Positions 28,635-40,834 of a stretch of DNA of 64,000 nt are shown one piece after another. The position numbers and the translations under genes were made by a program. The DNA comes from Amoeboaphelidium protococcarum X5 (lineage: Eukaryota > Fungi > Aphelidiomycota): NCBI GenBank assembly GCA_023515725.1, contig JALDTO010000192.1, forward strand, positions 310,001 to 374,000. The letters are read 5' to 3'. The notes below the pieces were generated by a model. The model did no database searches, was not told where the DNA came from, and saw nothing but the letters and a program-made list of their open reading frames with translations. The stretch's first letter is position 1. Each line of letters begins with the position of its first letter.

Positions 28635-28798
28635 TTATTATTATTATTACCATAATGATTATGAAAATATTGAAATTTAATAAAGATTGACCAAAGCGAA
28701 ACTCTACTCTTTATCGGCCTATCGCATTCAATAAAGAAGGTAGCTACAGCAAATAGTACAAACGAAAGGTTGTAAAATGACATATGTATAGCCAGTAG

Positions 28799-28826
<28 letters not shown>
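28799..28826. repeat. (TA)n microsatellite between convergent SerRS and ferritin 3' ends
   Basis: Direct read of the atatat... tract. Confidence 0.9.
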
Positions 28827-28831
<5 letters not shown>

Positions 28832-28890
28832 TCATGTGTATCATTAATGTTAAGTTAACACTATGCGATGCAAAGTGATATAATACAAGA

Positions 28891-29412
28891 TCAGTGCAAG
28901 CTTGCGTGCAACTCCTTGTCGAACAAGTAAAGGCCTAGTCCATCGTTGCCGACACGCTCCAGCTGAGTCAACATGTCAGAAATTTGCTTAATACTCTCCA
29001 CCTGCTCTTTCAAGAATTCTCCTTCCAAATAATCACACAGCTGAGGATCTTACTACTCAGCCGCAATACCATGCAATTTCAGCAAATTAGCATTAACTTC
29101 CCTCTCCATCTGCAGCGCCATCTCCATGGCGTATCTGGCACTCTTCCATTCAGTGGTCGGCTCATCGATAGTCTTCAGCTTCACCAAACCGCCTCTCATA
29201 TTCTGGTATTTGATCAGCTTTTCTGCATGCTCACGCTCCTCCTTACTCTGCTCATAGAAGAATTTCTAAAAGCCAGGCAGAGCGACATTATCCCTACCAA
29301 AGTAACTAGCCATAGACAGGTAGGCGTGACTGGCTTTCAGTTCAAAGTTGATCTACGCATTAACTCCGTCCTCGGTCTACTAGGCCCAATTCTGACGCGC
29401 TAAACTTGCCAT
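28891..29412 (-). CDS. FTH1: Ferritin, heavy-chain type (173 aa)
   Basis: SLARQNW; [15 protein letters not shown]; RDNVALPG; [18 protein letters not shown]; DPQLCDYLE; EQVESIK; GLGLYLFDK. Missed by the ORF track. Confidence 0.96.
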
Positions 29413-30015
29413 TATGTACTTTGCTGGATATAGATACAAGAATACTGATAAATTAACACTAATTAATAAATCACCGAAAATTCTTTAACTCCAAAAGTAA
29501 AGAGACTTGATCAAACTGACAATACACAATGATGAAAGGTAATGTGACACAAAAGATGAAGAGCAGTACGACGATCGACCTTTTAGCGACGCGATGATTT
29601 GACCTGCGTTGTGGCTGAACATTGATCAACTTGTATATCTTGTATTGTAAGAATGTTTCAACTATATAATATTTTGTTTAATGGAACTAATTAATGAATG
29701 CATTATGGATGTTGAGACGACAAGGTTTAGTTGAGTATTTTATGGTCGATATATCATATTTGGTTGATGGCTCTGTCTTGTTTTACACGTTAAGTGTAAG
29801 GTTCTTTCGCTTCTTGTTGAGGGATTTTTAATATTTTCTGTTGGTATATAGTACTTAGATTAAATGCTACATATAAAGCGATTGCTCTTAGGCCGAGGTC
29901 GTTAAATGTCGCAGATAAAAATAGGTGATATAATAAAGATAAATTCCAAACAAAATTAGTGCAGACCGATTCAAAAACTTCAATTTATTCTTTCAACCAT
30001 TCAAATTCAAATTTT

Positions 30016-30957
30016 TCAGCTAGAACCAAAGAAAAAGTCCCGAACTTTGACGTGCCAAGGACGATCTTATCTGCGAGCGCGTTGGACCAGATAACTAACA
30101 TTGGCTTGCAGAAGCGCAACATTAATATCGAGACGCGCTACATTACTATCCAGACGCGTCAAGATGTCCGACACATCTTCCTGGAACATCAAATACAGAC
30201 GGCCAGCGCTCGCCGCTGCATTGACTAAAGGAAGATGCTGCTAGTTTCTTTGGAGCACTGATCTTATAAAGCCCTCGGTACTATTATTATTTCCCGGGCA
30301 GATCAGGACCAACTGCGGGCACCCACTTTCCTACAAGACTAATGGCTAGCCGGCATTGACTTGCACACTATTGTCAAAGATTTAATCTTTTAACACATAG
30401 TACGCGCAGTCCTTTTCCAGCTGCAGCAATTTCTTCGCAACATCTCTTTCATCTGTTTACGACGTGATTTCACCAATCAAGCGGTGACCATCCGCAGATG
30501 TTGTGACTGGCACTTATTGAAGATTCAGCCCAGCAAAAACGGCACGCAGATCAGCAAAATCAGTAGCAAATTTTTGGGATGGTATAAAATTTAATGGAAA
30601 GGAGGATACCTATCCAACTTCAATACGGCGAACACTGGAAGAGTGGAGCAGCATCGGCGCATTGGCATCCATCACCACAACGTCAATCTCGATCGATTCA
30701 AAGGTCCAGCTCGCTCTCAAGCCATATGTCTCCTTTAAAACCTTAAAACTTGCCTCGCTGACATGACCATAATCTATCCAAAACTATCTGATAAGTGCAC
30801 AAAACTATTTGCTTGTACCAGCAGCCAATTCACGAGACTCCACCGGGTGGTCGTGTGGTAGATGCAGAAGACGTTTGAGGCTGAGGGCACATAATTACTC
30901 GTATCCTGGACCAGGTTGTTTCTTCTTTTTGTATAGATCGCTGATATTCATACTCAT
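30016..30957 (-). CDS. Restriction-endonuclease-fold (PD-(D/E)xK-like) protein with C-terminal coiled coil (313 aa)
   Basis: Intact code-6 ORF with GPGYEQLC helix, EIDVVV, LIGEITS and KKLLQLEK in REase-like order. Confidence 0.7.
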
Positions 30958-31341
30958 AGAATGTTTAGTTTTCAAAGAGACAAATCGCAAAGTAATAAGT
31001 CTGCAATGAAGTTTCTAAAAAGACCCATTGATACTGAATATAGATCGCTATTCGACATTGACCAATCAGATGTCAGCTCAATCTGAACAGGAACCAATCG
31101 GAAGAAATAGCAGTTTAAAGTTGTTCGCTGGACGAATAACTAAACTCACTATGCTACCCAGCACTTATCCTTACTCTCTAAAACTTCTCACTACATTTAG
31201 AATGCGAGAGGAGTACTTTTGTAATGAGTGGGGAAATGCAGCGCTCGCTTGTTTACGAACCGCCTCTGTTTCACCCTGACGCGTAAAACTTCTAATACTC
31301 CCATCATTTTAAAACATTAAAGTCAATCTTCAAAGCTCACC

Positions 31342-32154
31342 ATGGATATATAGTACAAGTTGCAAACACTTTTGAGTGAGTTACAATTTCAGAATACTCG
31401 CGAGAAAGATGGTCCAATTTTACTTAGTGAGTTATTGAGACATTTGCTTAATATTATTAGCCCATAATTGCAAGCTGTGCAATTTCTGGATATAGAAAGT
31501 GTACTATAATTGCTCTAGAATCATCCACTACTTCAACTCAGAATAAACTGGTAAAATGTACGCTTAGGATAAAATCTGGAAATCTTCAAACTAGTTGAAG
31601 AAGTTCATAGCTTAGTTTTTGCGCCCTCTGACAAACAGGTGAACAAAATTCTCAATCACGACAAAGTTTCATCTAGAGATCATTTCACAGAGTTAGTAAA
31701 CAAGGCCAAGTCTTTGTCTTAATAGTTGCAAGTATTAAATGGAAATATTTAGAAGTAAATTTAAGAGTTTGAACATGTTGGACACGAGATTATGGATGAT
31801 TTGAGGATTGAAGCTACTCAATACATCAAAGAGTTGAATAAGGTTAAAGTTGAAGCTGCACAAGATTTGACGCAAAGGCAAATGGAAAATAAGGAAGTCA
31901 AGCATGTTATAAATTAACTAGACGAAGAGATAAAAGTAGAGAAACAGGCTTTGGAAGGACTGCAGACAGAGCTGCGACAACTCTAAATGACGCCGAACGC
32001 GTTTCAGCATCGCACGGAAGAAGAGATGAGTCTAACGAGAAAGCTCAAGGCAGACTACTCTGAGACTCACATTCTTATGGACTAGACTCGTCATCTGGGT
32101 GAACACGAGACCATGTCACATATATTTGGGTCATGGCAACGTGCTAAATCATGA
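31342..32154 (+). CDS. Coiled-coil protein, function unknown (270 aa)
   Basis: ATG 31342 and TGA 32152-32154 are in frame; heptad-rich C-terminal half. Confidence 0.7.
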
Positions 32155-32194
32155 TTAAAACAAATCTAAACTATTGTTGTACAATTGAGTGTAT

Positions 32195-33127
32195 TCATGA
32201 GTATATCTACAATCTTTTATTTCGAGTACCACCATAACCATTGCTTGCAGACGAGACACTTTGATACAAGTCTTATTCATTCCATTAAAGCCACTCTTGT
32301 AAAAGATTTGCATCCTCTCCATCATCATCTTCTCCATCCGCATCATCGGCCGGCATATCATACTTACTTGTCTGTGATCCGAAAAGTGTTCTTGTATGAA
32401 GCAGAGAGTATATAAATGAGAACACGCAAAGAGAGTTGACCAGACACTACACAGCAATAAATACGTAAATGACTATCCACAAGGTATCGTCTACGGAATA
32501 TAATGCAGACTAACACGTCTACTAGTGCCGAAGTGATGGTGGATCATAAGGATTATACTGAGATGGTTTGACACAGACGCGATTATCGTATTCTACAAAG
32601 TCAGTGGGTGAAGAGAATCCACAACATTAATGCTATTACTAGAATTCCAGTCGATCATCTGAAGTCCATTACTATTTATACAGCTACTCCAACTTGATAG
32701 CGAGTACATGTTGAGGCGGCCGTGAATTAATCAAAAAGCCATTCGCAGTCACGGATACTACGAGAAGTACACCATAGAGAAGCGTGTAGATTATAGAATA
32801 CAATTTGGTCAAGAGCATGGAGCGGCCATTACTGCCACCAGTATCTTGACTATTACGCGATTTTCGTCTCCAGCAGAATGTATGACACGAAATTAGCGAT
32901 ACCAGGACACAATAACATCCAATAGGCAGTACATATTCAACAGGAAACATACTGATATGATTAATCAATTGAATAAATATTGTCTATAAGTCAGAATCAT
33001 TCCCTCTCACCATTCTCCGATTCTGGTATGAGTAAGCCACTATGATTAGCACGCCATATGTGGCATTGAGTATTAGAGTGATGGTGAGCGTGACATAGAT
33101 TAAGGCTAATTTCAATGACTATCGCAT
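32195..33127 (-). CDS. Tetraspanin (310 aa)
   Basis: Three N-terminal TM helices, large loop with FQQQHQCCGFSSPTD plus two further Cys, fourth TM, acidic tail. Confidence 0.85.
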
Positions 33128-33635
33128 TGTATATTGGATGATCTTTAAACTTCCTAAAAATTGTAAATTATACCAGGTACTGTAATTTAAATAAAAGCTA
33201 ATGCTTATGGTAATAGACTTAAAAGAAACTTGGTATTATTTGGCAAGTGACTCGACCCCTTACGAGTTTCGACGTTTGATCCCGATGACTGTCTTGACAG
33301 TGGTGAAACTTGAGTCTGATGGCCATCCACTTCTTTAAGTCTCTGTCCTTTACAGACGGTATTTAAAATTCTTATGCTAGTTATGTTATTGGTGAATTAA
33401 TCTGCACTTGATATGATCAAGTCAACTTAACTTGCTACACTGAATCCCATTACTGATGTCTTGACGCGTATCAGAAGTCACAATCTGATTGGTGGCCGGG
33501 ATATTAACCATTGATCATTGTGTCACGAAGAGTGTCTAGTTCACTTCTCTTATTCTTAACTGCTCACTAAAATAATATTATTACTCCTCTGCATAGCTCA
33601 GCTAAGTATAGCAATATTATTATTAGTAACTACTT

Positions 33636-36599
33636 ATGGAGCAATTAAAGAAATTTTTCAAGAGCGATCAGACGTTTAGATCAAAGGCGATCTGGGGAAG
33701 GCAAGGTGGAAAGCTGGAGACTCATGGCACAGCAATATCAATTAATGCTGCGATGTCTATACGTGATTAGATTCGCTGTCCACCCGGGGAAGACTTGAAT
33801 GAATGGCTTGCAGTTAATACAGTGGACTTCTTCAATTAAACTAATGTGTTATATGGAAATCTAATCAATCACTGCACGGATGATACGTGTCCTCAGATGA
33901 ACGCCGGGCCGAAGTATTAGTATCTTTGGGCCGATGGAGAGCGCGTTATTAAACCTCTTAAATGCTCGGCTCCTCAGTATGTGGAATATCTTATGGATTG
34001 GATTTAAGACTTGCTGGATAATCCTAAAATATTCCCCGTTCACGTCGATTAACCGTTTGGTCCTCGATTCCTACCGACGGTGAAGAACATATTTAAGAGA
34101 TTGCTTCGCGTGTACTCACACATATATTATACTCACTTCAAGGCTTTGGAATCCATAGGAGCAGAGAAGTATCTGAATGCATCGTTTCGTCATTTTATCT
34201 ATTTCGCTGAAGAGTATGCGTTGGTAGAAGAGAAGGAGAAGAAACCACTGGCAATGCTCATTAAAGGCATCAAATAGAAGGAATTTGATAAGAGTGGAAA
34301 GGCGGTTGAATCTCATGACGCTGCTGACGGTTATTAGGTTTCGGTAATTTCTGAGCCTGTGACAGCTGCAACTTAACTAGATCGGTTGTCCAAAGCATCA
34401 GGCGGTAAAGATTCTACCAAGACATTGTCTAAGGATAATCTGTTACAGAGCTATTTTATGGATGTTGTTCCGTAATCTACGCCGAAGACTCAGCGTATAT
34501 CTAATTCTGCCACTGACTCTGATTCCAAGTCAAGTTCATACAGACGAAATGATACAAGTGACGTTCGCTCCTATTCTACTGCCTCTTTGCCACCATCTGA
34601 AGCCGCTTCTGTGCATGCTGCAGCCTCGCGTAATAACTCTCGCAATGGTTCATCTTTGGCTTACTAGATCGATGTTCACCAAGACGATACGGATAATTTA
34701 TCACCGCAGCAAGAGTCTGAATAGTATCATCATGCTGCTGAGGATCGTCATGCTAATGCTCAAGATAATGCTGCTTATGATAACCATCAAAGGTAGCAGC
34801 AATTAAACGCTAACAATTTTGCTGACTCAATATTTGATATAGTTCCTTCACCTCCTAGTCCGATAATGTTCTAGCAATCTTAATAGCCAGTGTTCAGTGT
34901 CCAGGAAGAAAGTCAGGAAGATGTGTAGCAGCCGTTAGAATCGCCGGATACATTGCCGCGAAATGCAGTCAGTTCACCTTTGCATCTATTGTAAGTTAAT
35001 CAACAATCTTCTGATGTTGCATCGAGTCCACTAGTATCCCCAGCAGATGGTGCCTCTAATTCTTATTTGCCAGAAGAGGAAGATGATGAGGTGTCTCCTA
35101 TTGATGTGGATGCTTTCAGAAAAAGAGTTAATCCTTCTACATCAAATGATAAGACTTTGAAATTAATGAATAGTGCGCCGAGACATTCGATGTATTTTGG
35201 TACGCTGAGTGTTAACAGATCTAAAGATGGATTCTGGTCAATATCCAGTGCTGGCGATGTAATTGACGACAAGATGTAGAGTTAGCTGGATGAATATATG
35301 CCTAAAGTTGCTGTTCTTGGGACATCGTTTGATTGCGAGCTGGCTATCCAATCGTTCAGAGCATCTGGTTATCTTGTGGATACTATCTGGGGCAATCAGC
35401 AGAAAGATGCTGATCTGTATCGGTTCGCTGAATCTGTTGGTGTTCAGTATGTGGCCAAGTCACTGGATGAGGTTGCAAATGTAAGTAGCCAGTTTAGTAT
35501 CATATATGTTGGTGCGAATGCGTTTAGCAAGAAGAGTGAATGCTAGCAGTGGATTGACATGTTGAAAAGTTCTACTCAGTGTATTGTATGCTGCTCTCCT
35601 CTCAGTCTGCCTTTACCTCATAGGCGCCAAGTCTTATCGGCCAATGATGTTGACAAGCAGGATATGCTTCTGAGAAATATATCTTAGCATCCGTTGCGCT
35701 ATCTTCCTGTAATGTAGCGAGCACATGCAGCCATAGTTAAGGAGAGCCTGTGTGGTGATCTGTAATCTGTGCACTTGTCTCTGCGCACCAATTGGATGAG
35801 TGATTTGGAGGATTGCTTTGACCCTGTCGACTCTCTAGCATTTACGAAGCGAATTTAATCATTTGTGGAATTGACTCAGGCTCATATGATGGATTCACTT
35901 CGCTGGATTTTGGGAACTGATCAAGTTGTGTCTATATACTCACAAAATGCCACCAATGATACAAGTTCTGGCCATTGGCTAGTGACATTTACCACACAGA
36001 ATGGTGTTACTGGATCTATTGATTTGCAGCTGGATTACAGCCATAGTCCGAATAAATTCTGCCTGGACGTATATGGAAGCAAAGGGTATCTAAGTGTGAA
36101 GGATAATAATGTATCTCTCGAAAGTGGCGACTCTCAGAGCAGCAGGATACTACTGCAGGACAATTCACCCGAGTCATCGTGCAGTATGCCTTTGAAGATG
36201 TTCTCTTGCGCTAATCTGCACATGTTACGCGCAATGAAATTGTATCTATTCCAAGCACAATGCCCAGAAGACGATAGCTTGCTGACACCATCTCAACTCC
36301 AGTTTGTCCACGAACTAATGCGAGGATCTAGTACGCTTAGTGATGGATTCTAGAACATGCGAGTCATTGAAGCCCTGAGGCGACAAAAACTGATTGATAC
36401 GCGTCATATTGTGAATGTGCAAGATCTATTGAGAATTAGTCCAAGAGCTTTGAAGATGTTAAAAAATGATGCCAAGTAAGGAGGTGGTAACCAAAGCAAT
36501 AACACTGGTATCGCCAGTCGACAAACTAGCCTATTTAGTGATGGCTCAAACTCTAAACCTCCATCTCGCACTAACACTCCTCCGCCATTAAGAATATGA
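33636..36599 (+). CDS. MOB1: MOB kinase activator (MOB1-like) fused through a disordered linker to a GFOD1/2-like Gfo/Idh/MocA domain (987 aa)
   Basis: PPGEDLNEWLAVNTVDFFNQ; CPQMNAGPKYQYLWADG; IFKRLLRVYSHIY; then PKVAVLGTS...IWG; PLRYLP; TLSDGFQNMRVIEALRR. Linker read codon by codon with no TGA. Confidence 0.85.
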
Positions 36600-36715
36600 T
36601 ATCGCAAAGTATGAATGTATTAATGATGATTATAATAAGTATTTTTTTTGTAGTTAAATGCTCTCTCTCCCTCTCTTTAGTCTTAACAATTCTCTTTAAA
36701 AACTTTGACAATATC

Positions 36716-37596
36716 ATGAGCACCTTGTACAACATTTATCCTTTGGCCTATTAGGAGCAGTATCTGGAAAAGTAAACGCGTAAAGATGGACGTTAATTGG
36801 ATGAATATAGAAAGATTTCTATTCTTAAAGGTAATTATAGAACCCTGCATGATTATCAAATATTAACGATGTGAGTTATAGTGTAGATTAGATATCAACC
36901 TGCGATTCTTCAGCGTTGATACGTGCTGGAAAGACGACCATGATATGCGGATTATAGGTACATGTCTTTAAGCCTAGTATTGAGGAACCAGATCAAGGCC
37001 GGTTGATTATAAATTATCAAGCGTCTCCAAGTATTCAGTATAGGCAAAGTTACTCAAAGAATCAAATTAATGATGAACAGTCATCCGTAGCTGTGCAAAT
37101 TTATGATTAGATTGTGAGAAATGGTGCACTATCTCTCAGCGATCTATGCATCATAAGCGGCAAATATGCTTTTGCAATTCTATTGGATATTACGTGTTTA
37201 AATGCCGGTGGTAATGAGGTGGACATTGCGTTAATTGGCGCGTTATCGTGTATGTCAAATTTGACTCTGCCCCGTCTCTCTATCAATGACGACGGACTGT
37301 TACAGTACTAGTAAAGTGCTGATTAGAACGCCGCGTAGTATCGACTCGAATTAAAATCTCTGCCAGTATAGAGTACATTTAATCTGGTAGATGGTGGATA
37401 CGTTCTCGCAGATTCCTTAACTGAAGAACAAGACATCTCGCGGTCAAGTGTCACCATTACAGTCGACGCCATGACCTCCACCGTTCTGTCCATACACAAA
37501 GAGAATCACTTCCTCATGGATCAGTCGAAATTGAGCCAATGCGTCAAACTTGGTATTAATAGAGCCTAGAGTATCCGAAATCAATTACATTAGTGA
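36716..37596 (+). CDS. RRP43: Exosome RNase PH-like subunit Rrp43/EXOSC8; intron 36831-36886
   Basis: IYPLAY...RKDGRQLDEYR; ISTCDSSALIRAGKTTMICG; DLCIISGKYAFAILLDITCLNAGGN; NLTLP. Confidence 0.85.
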
Positions 37597-38310
37597 ACAG
37601 CAAGCAATAGTAGATAAATTAATAGAAGAACAGTTTTATATTTTTCACATTGCATTCATTTTCAATTGCTTGAATTCACCTCAACGTAATGATAAGCCAC
37701 AATGAGCACGAATACAGCAGTGCCCAGAAAGTTTACAAACATTGTCAATTAATCGTCAGTGATCATCTCGCTTTAATTGCTACTATTACGGTCAGTATAG
37801 ACACTACTTAATAATACCGTTCAATTAGACTTAATAAAGTGAGCGATATTTAAAAAGACAAAGTATCTGGAGAACACCGATAGACGTGCGCGAGAATAAA
37901 ACTATGCACGAGAAATCTTCGTGGCGGTGAATGTTGATGAAGCCAACTCAATAAATCGTTCAATAATGCAAAGAATTGCAATAAATTTGGTTCTGAGTAT
38001 AGAGTCAAAGAGATTCTTACCCAAAATATAGAATTAACTGCTGGAGTCCGAGAGGTTTGTGCCCAATGCTGATTACAAGTCGTAAATTGCGGCAAATTTT
38101 CAAAGAGGGGACTCTACATTGGATAGAGAACGCTCCTCCATGTCCATAGTATTTGAAGGCTTCCTCTCCCCCGCCAAGGAATTTAGAAATGATGTCATGT
38201 AATCCTGGACTAGAACTATATAACTGCTGCATTCATTTCTACTGAGTATTGATGGCCAAAGATTGTGAGCTGATGATATCCCTTTGAACAGTACTCCCGC
38301 TCTTTAGTCA

Positions 38311-38430
38311 TATGCACATGGACAATTATACGTTGGATTGACGCGTGTTAGAAAGACTACAAATATTTGCATGTACAGCGAAGCACAATTGCTTCAATTA
38401 GTTGAATACTAGACAGTCTTAAAGACAGTT
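38311..38430 (+). mobile_element. Helitron/Pif1 helicase C-terminal fragment
   Basis: YAHGQLYVGLTRV...LVEYQTVL resembles the RepHel terminal FSHGQLYVALSRV...NIVY.EVL. Confidence 0.65.
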
Positions 38431-39039
38431 TAACTGCTTTGTCTGCATAGTATATAGAATAACCCATAAAAAGTACTAACCAAAACGCGCTGCAGCCTTG
38501 TTAATCATTACGTTAGCAAGTACAAGTAAATTGTTGCACTTGGTAGGGATCCTCCTTTAAGGTTCTTGGAATTCTCTAGACGCGCCCATCAGTTTGCAAA
38601 GTACCTCAAAATGTTGAATATGGAGAGTTTAAAAAATGGCTATTATGAATTATTTTGGCGATGGAAGTTTTATGAATGTTTGGTAAATTCAGTTATGTCA
38701 AGCACCAATTGATAGAATGGCAGAATAACTATTTCAAGCATCGTGTCTGATCCATGGTAACTAATTGAAAAATCTGCATTTGGTTTACAATGTGGTATGG
38801 CTAACCACCAAGATAAGGCGTCCTGATCTCAAACAATAGTAGTTAAATGATATGCTTGTCGTTGTAGATGGTGACGAAGTTTCTTGGTATGACTGACTTC
38901 ATTTAAGTGTCAATCATGCCTTGATGGATTGTATGTTATATAGAGTAGAGAAAAAGTTAAAGATTCGGGATTGGTATGTATTTTGTCAAGGACATGACCG
39001 GTGTAAATGGCCAATACGCGCTGAAAAAGTTCGCTTTAA

Positions 39040-39970
39040 CTGTTTAGAAATTATGCACGTTTGACCTTAATGCCTTGAATGAGGATAAGATTCGTCAGAC
39101 TTTACTATGTTTACTTTCATAACTAGTGCGATCCTGAGTTTGATAGGTTTGAACCAGAAATTACGACTTTTGTAGACCAGTGGCTTGGTTTGGCGCAGAT
39201 CCACGCCACGTTCTCGTGCAAATTTGTGATATTGTCGAAAACATAGCAGCTGATGGTGTTTAACACGAGCTACAGGGCCACTGTTTATTAGAGGTATGTC
39301 GTTTTGGACCTAAGGTAATGTAGTCACCCCTTTTCGTATCGTCTGATATCTATTCTATCTCTGCGGCAAGTAAAGACGTCTAAGAAGTGATTCCGATAAA
39401 CTGCAGCTGGAATGCCAAGAAATCTTATTCGACAGCTGAGATGCACTGGCGATGCACGATCCAATGCGTTAACTAAGCGGTATTATTGTCTGCAAGAGCC
39501 TTATCGCCGCAATGCCGACGGCTCTTGGACCGGTAATCCTTGTCTATCCAGAAAAGTTGCTAACTTGATGAAAGGTCTCAAGAAGATTGCTGGCGTAAAG
39601 TTGCATTCCGGAGTCTGTTCGCTCTATTACGCAGATTGATCTAAAGAATTTGTTTGAGAGAAGCCGTTCTCTGTTGCAAACTACTGGAGATTTCGCTAGA
39701 TTCCACTGAGATATATAATTTGCACTCTGTATTCCTGTGTCTCTTTCGCCTACATGAAGCTGTGCGCATCTAAATGTCGGATATTGAGTGGATGCCCCTT
39801 TAGAAAGCGGGGTTTTTGTTGCGTCTGTGGTGGAGAAAGACCCTGCAGCCTGGTCGCAGCAACATCAAACCGTTTCATTTGTACAGAAACGACAATTATC
39901 CATGGCTGTGTCCAGTAAGAGCGCTATACAATTGGGAGTATATTTTGCGCTAAGTAGAAAATATGCCTGA
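39040..39970 (+). mobile_element. Degenerate tyrosine-recombinase (Crypton-like) element fragment
   Basis: Frameshifted motifs KSYSTAE, WTGNPCLSRKVANLMKGL, LFRLHEAVRIQMSDI (YR box I), WRKTLQ and LCPVRAL. No C-terminal H..R/Y motifs seen. Confidence 0.7.
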
Positions 39971-40098
39971 TGGATACTAAGAGAAAATTATATGTAAAAT
40001 TACCAGTTTATGCACCATAATCTTGAATACTGCTATGGAGAATCAGTAGTAGTTCGGTAATAGTTTCCCCGAGGTGGTGAACGATCTTGAATTTGAAT

Positions 40099-40312
40099 GG
40101 ATGGTCACCGCTTGATTGGTGAAATCACGTCGTAGACAGATGAGAGAGATGTCGCAAAGAAATTGCTGCAGCTGGAAAAGGACTGCGCTTACTATATGTT
40201 AAAAGATTTAATCTTTGACGATAGTGTGCAATTCAAGGCCGGCCAGCCATTGGTCTTGTAGGAAAGTGAGTGCCAGCAGTTGGTTCTGATCTGCCCGGGA
40301 AATAACAGTAGT
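40099..40312 (+). pseudogene. 214-bp fragment of an REase-like gene; inverted homologue of 30280-30493
   Basis: Colinear and gap-free; encodes DGHRLIGEITSQTDERDVAKKLLQLEKDCAYY...CPGNN. Confidence 0.85.
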
Positions 40313-40834
40313 GGCCTAGTCGAAGTTCAATTCGCTGCCATAAAGCTCTATGTACCTTGTTGAATCCTGCTGCTAATGCTTCTCAATTAGCATTCTATTG
40401 GACGATATAAAGAATAAATAGACGTGTTTTAAGCTTCTGACCGAATACTGCCATTGAAATGAGCAAATGCTTTTACAAAAATAAACTAGCTGGTACAAGC
40501 GTAATACATTCATGTTAAATCTAAATTTCTGTCTCTTTCTCACATGTAACACCGGTAATATGGCGCTTTGACGTTATGGTACTGTAGCTGTAACTACTTT
40601 CGGTCGTTGACTATTTCTTTGAACGCGATCGAGCGATTGCCGTTTCAGCGTCTGGGCGAGCTGCTTTAGTGAATTGGCATTGCATTGAGTGCTATAGTAC
40701 TGTAGTCTGTCTCATAAGTACTCGCTGTGCTTTAGCTGCGTAGTATTTAAAATCTCTTAGCCCTTGGTAGAATGTGGTAGTTTCCCTTTAAATTCTCACT
40801 GTGCTGTAAGCGCTGTGTGAAAGTCACATGATCG

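Noticed and set aside
29451-29466. Iron-responsive element upstream of ferritin
   Set aside because: Only an AT-only 5-bp stem with a TTAGTG loop; no CAGUGN loop or C bulge.
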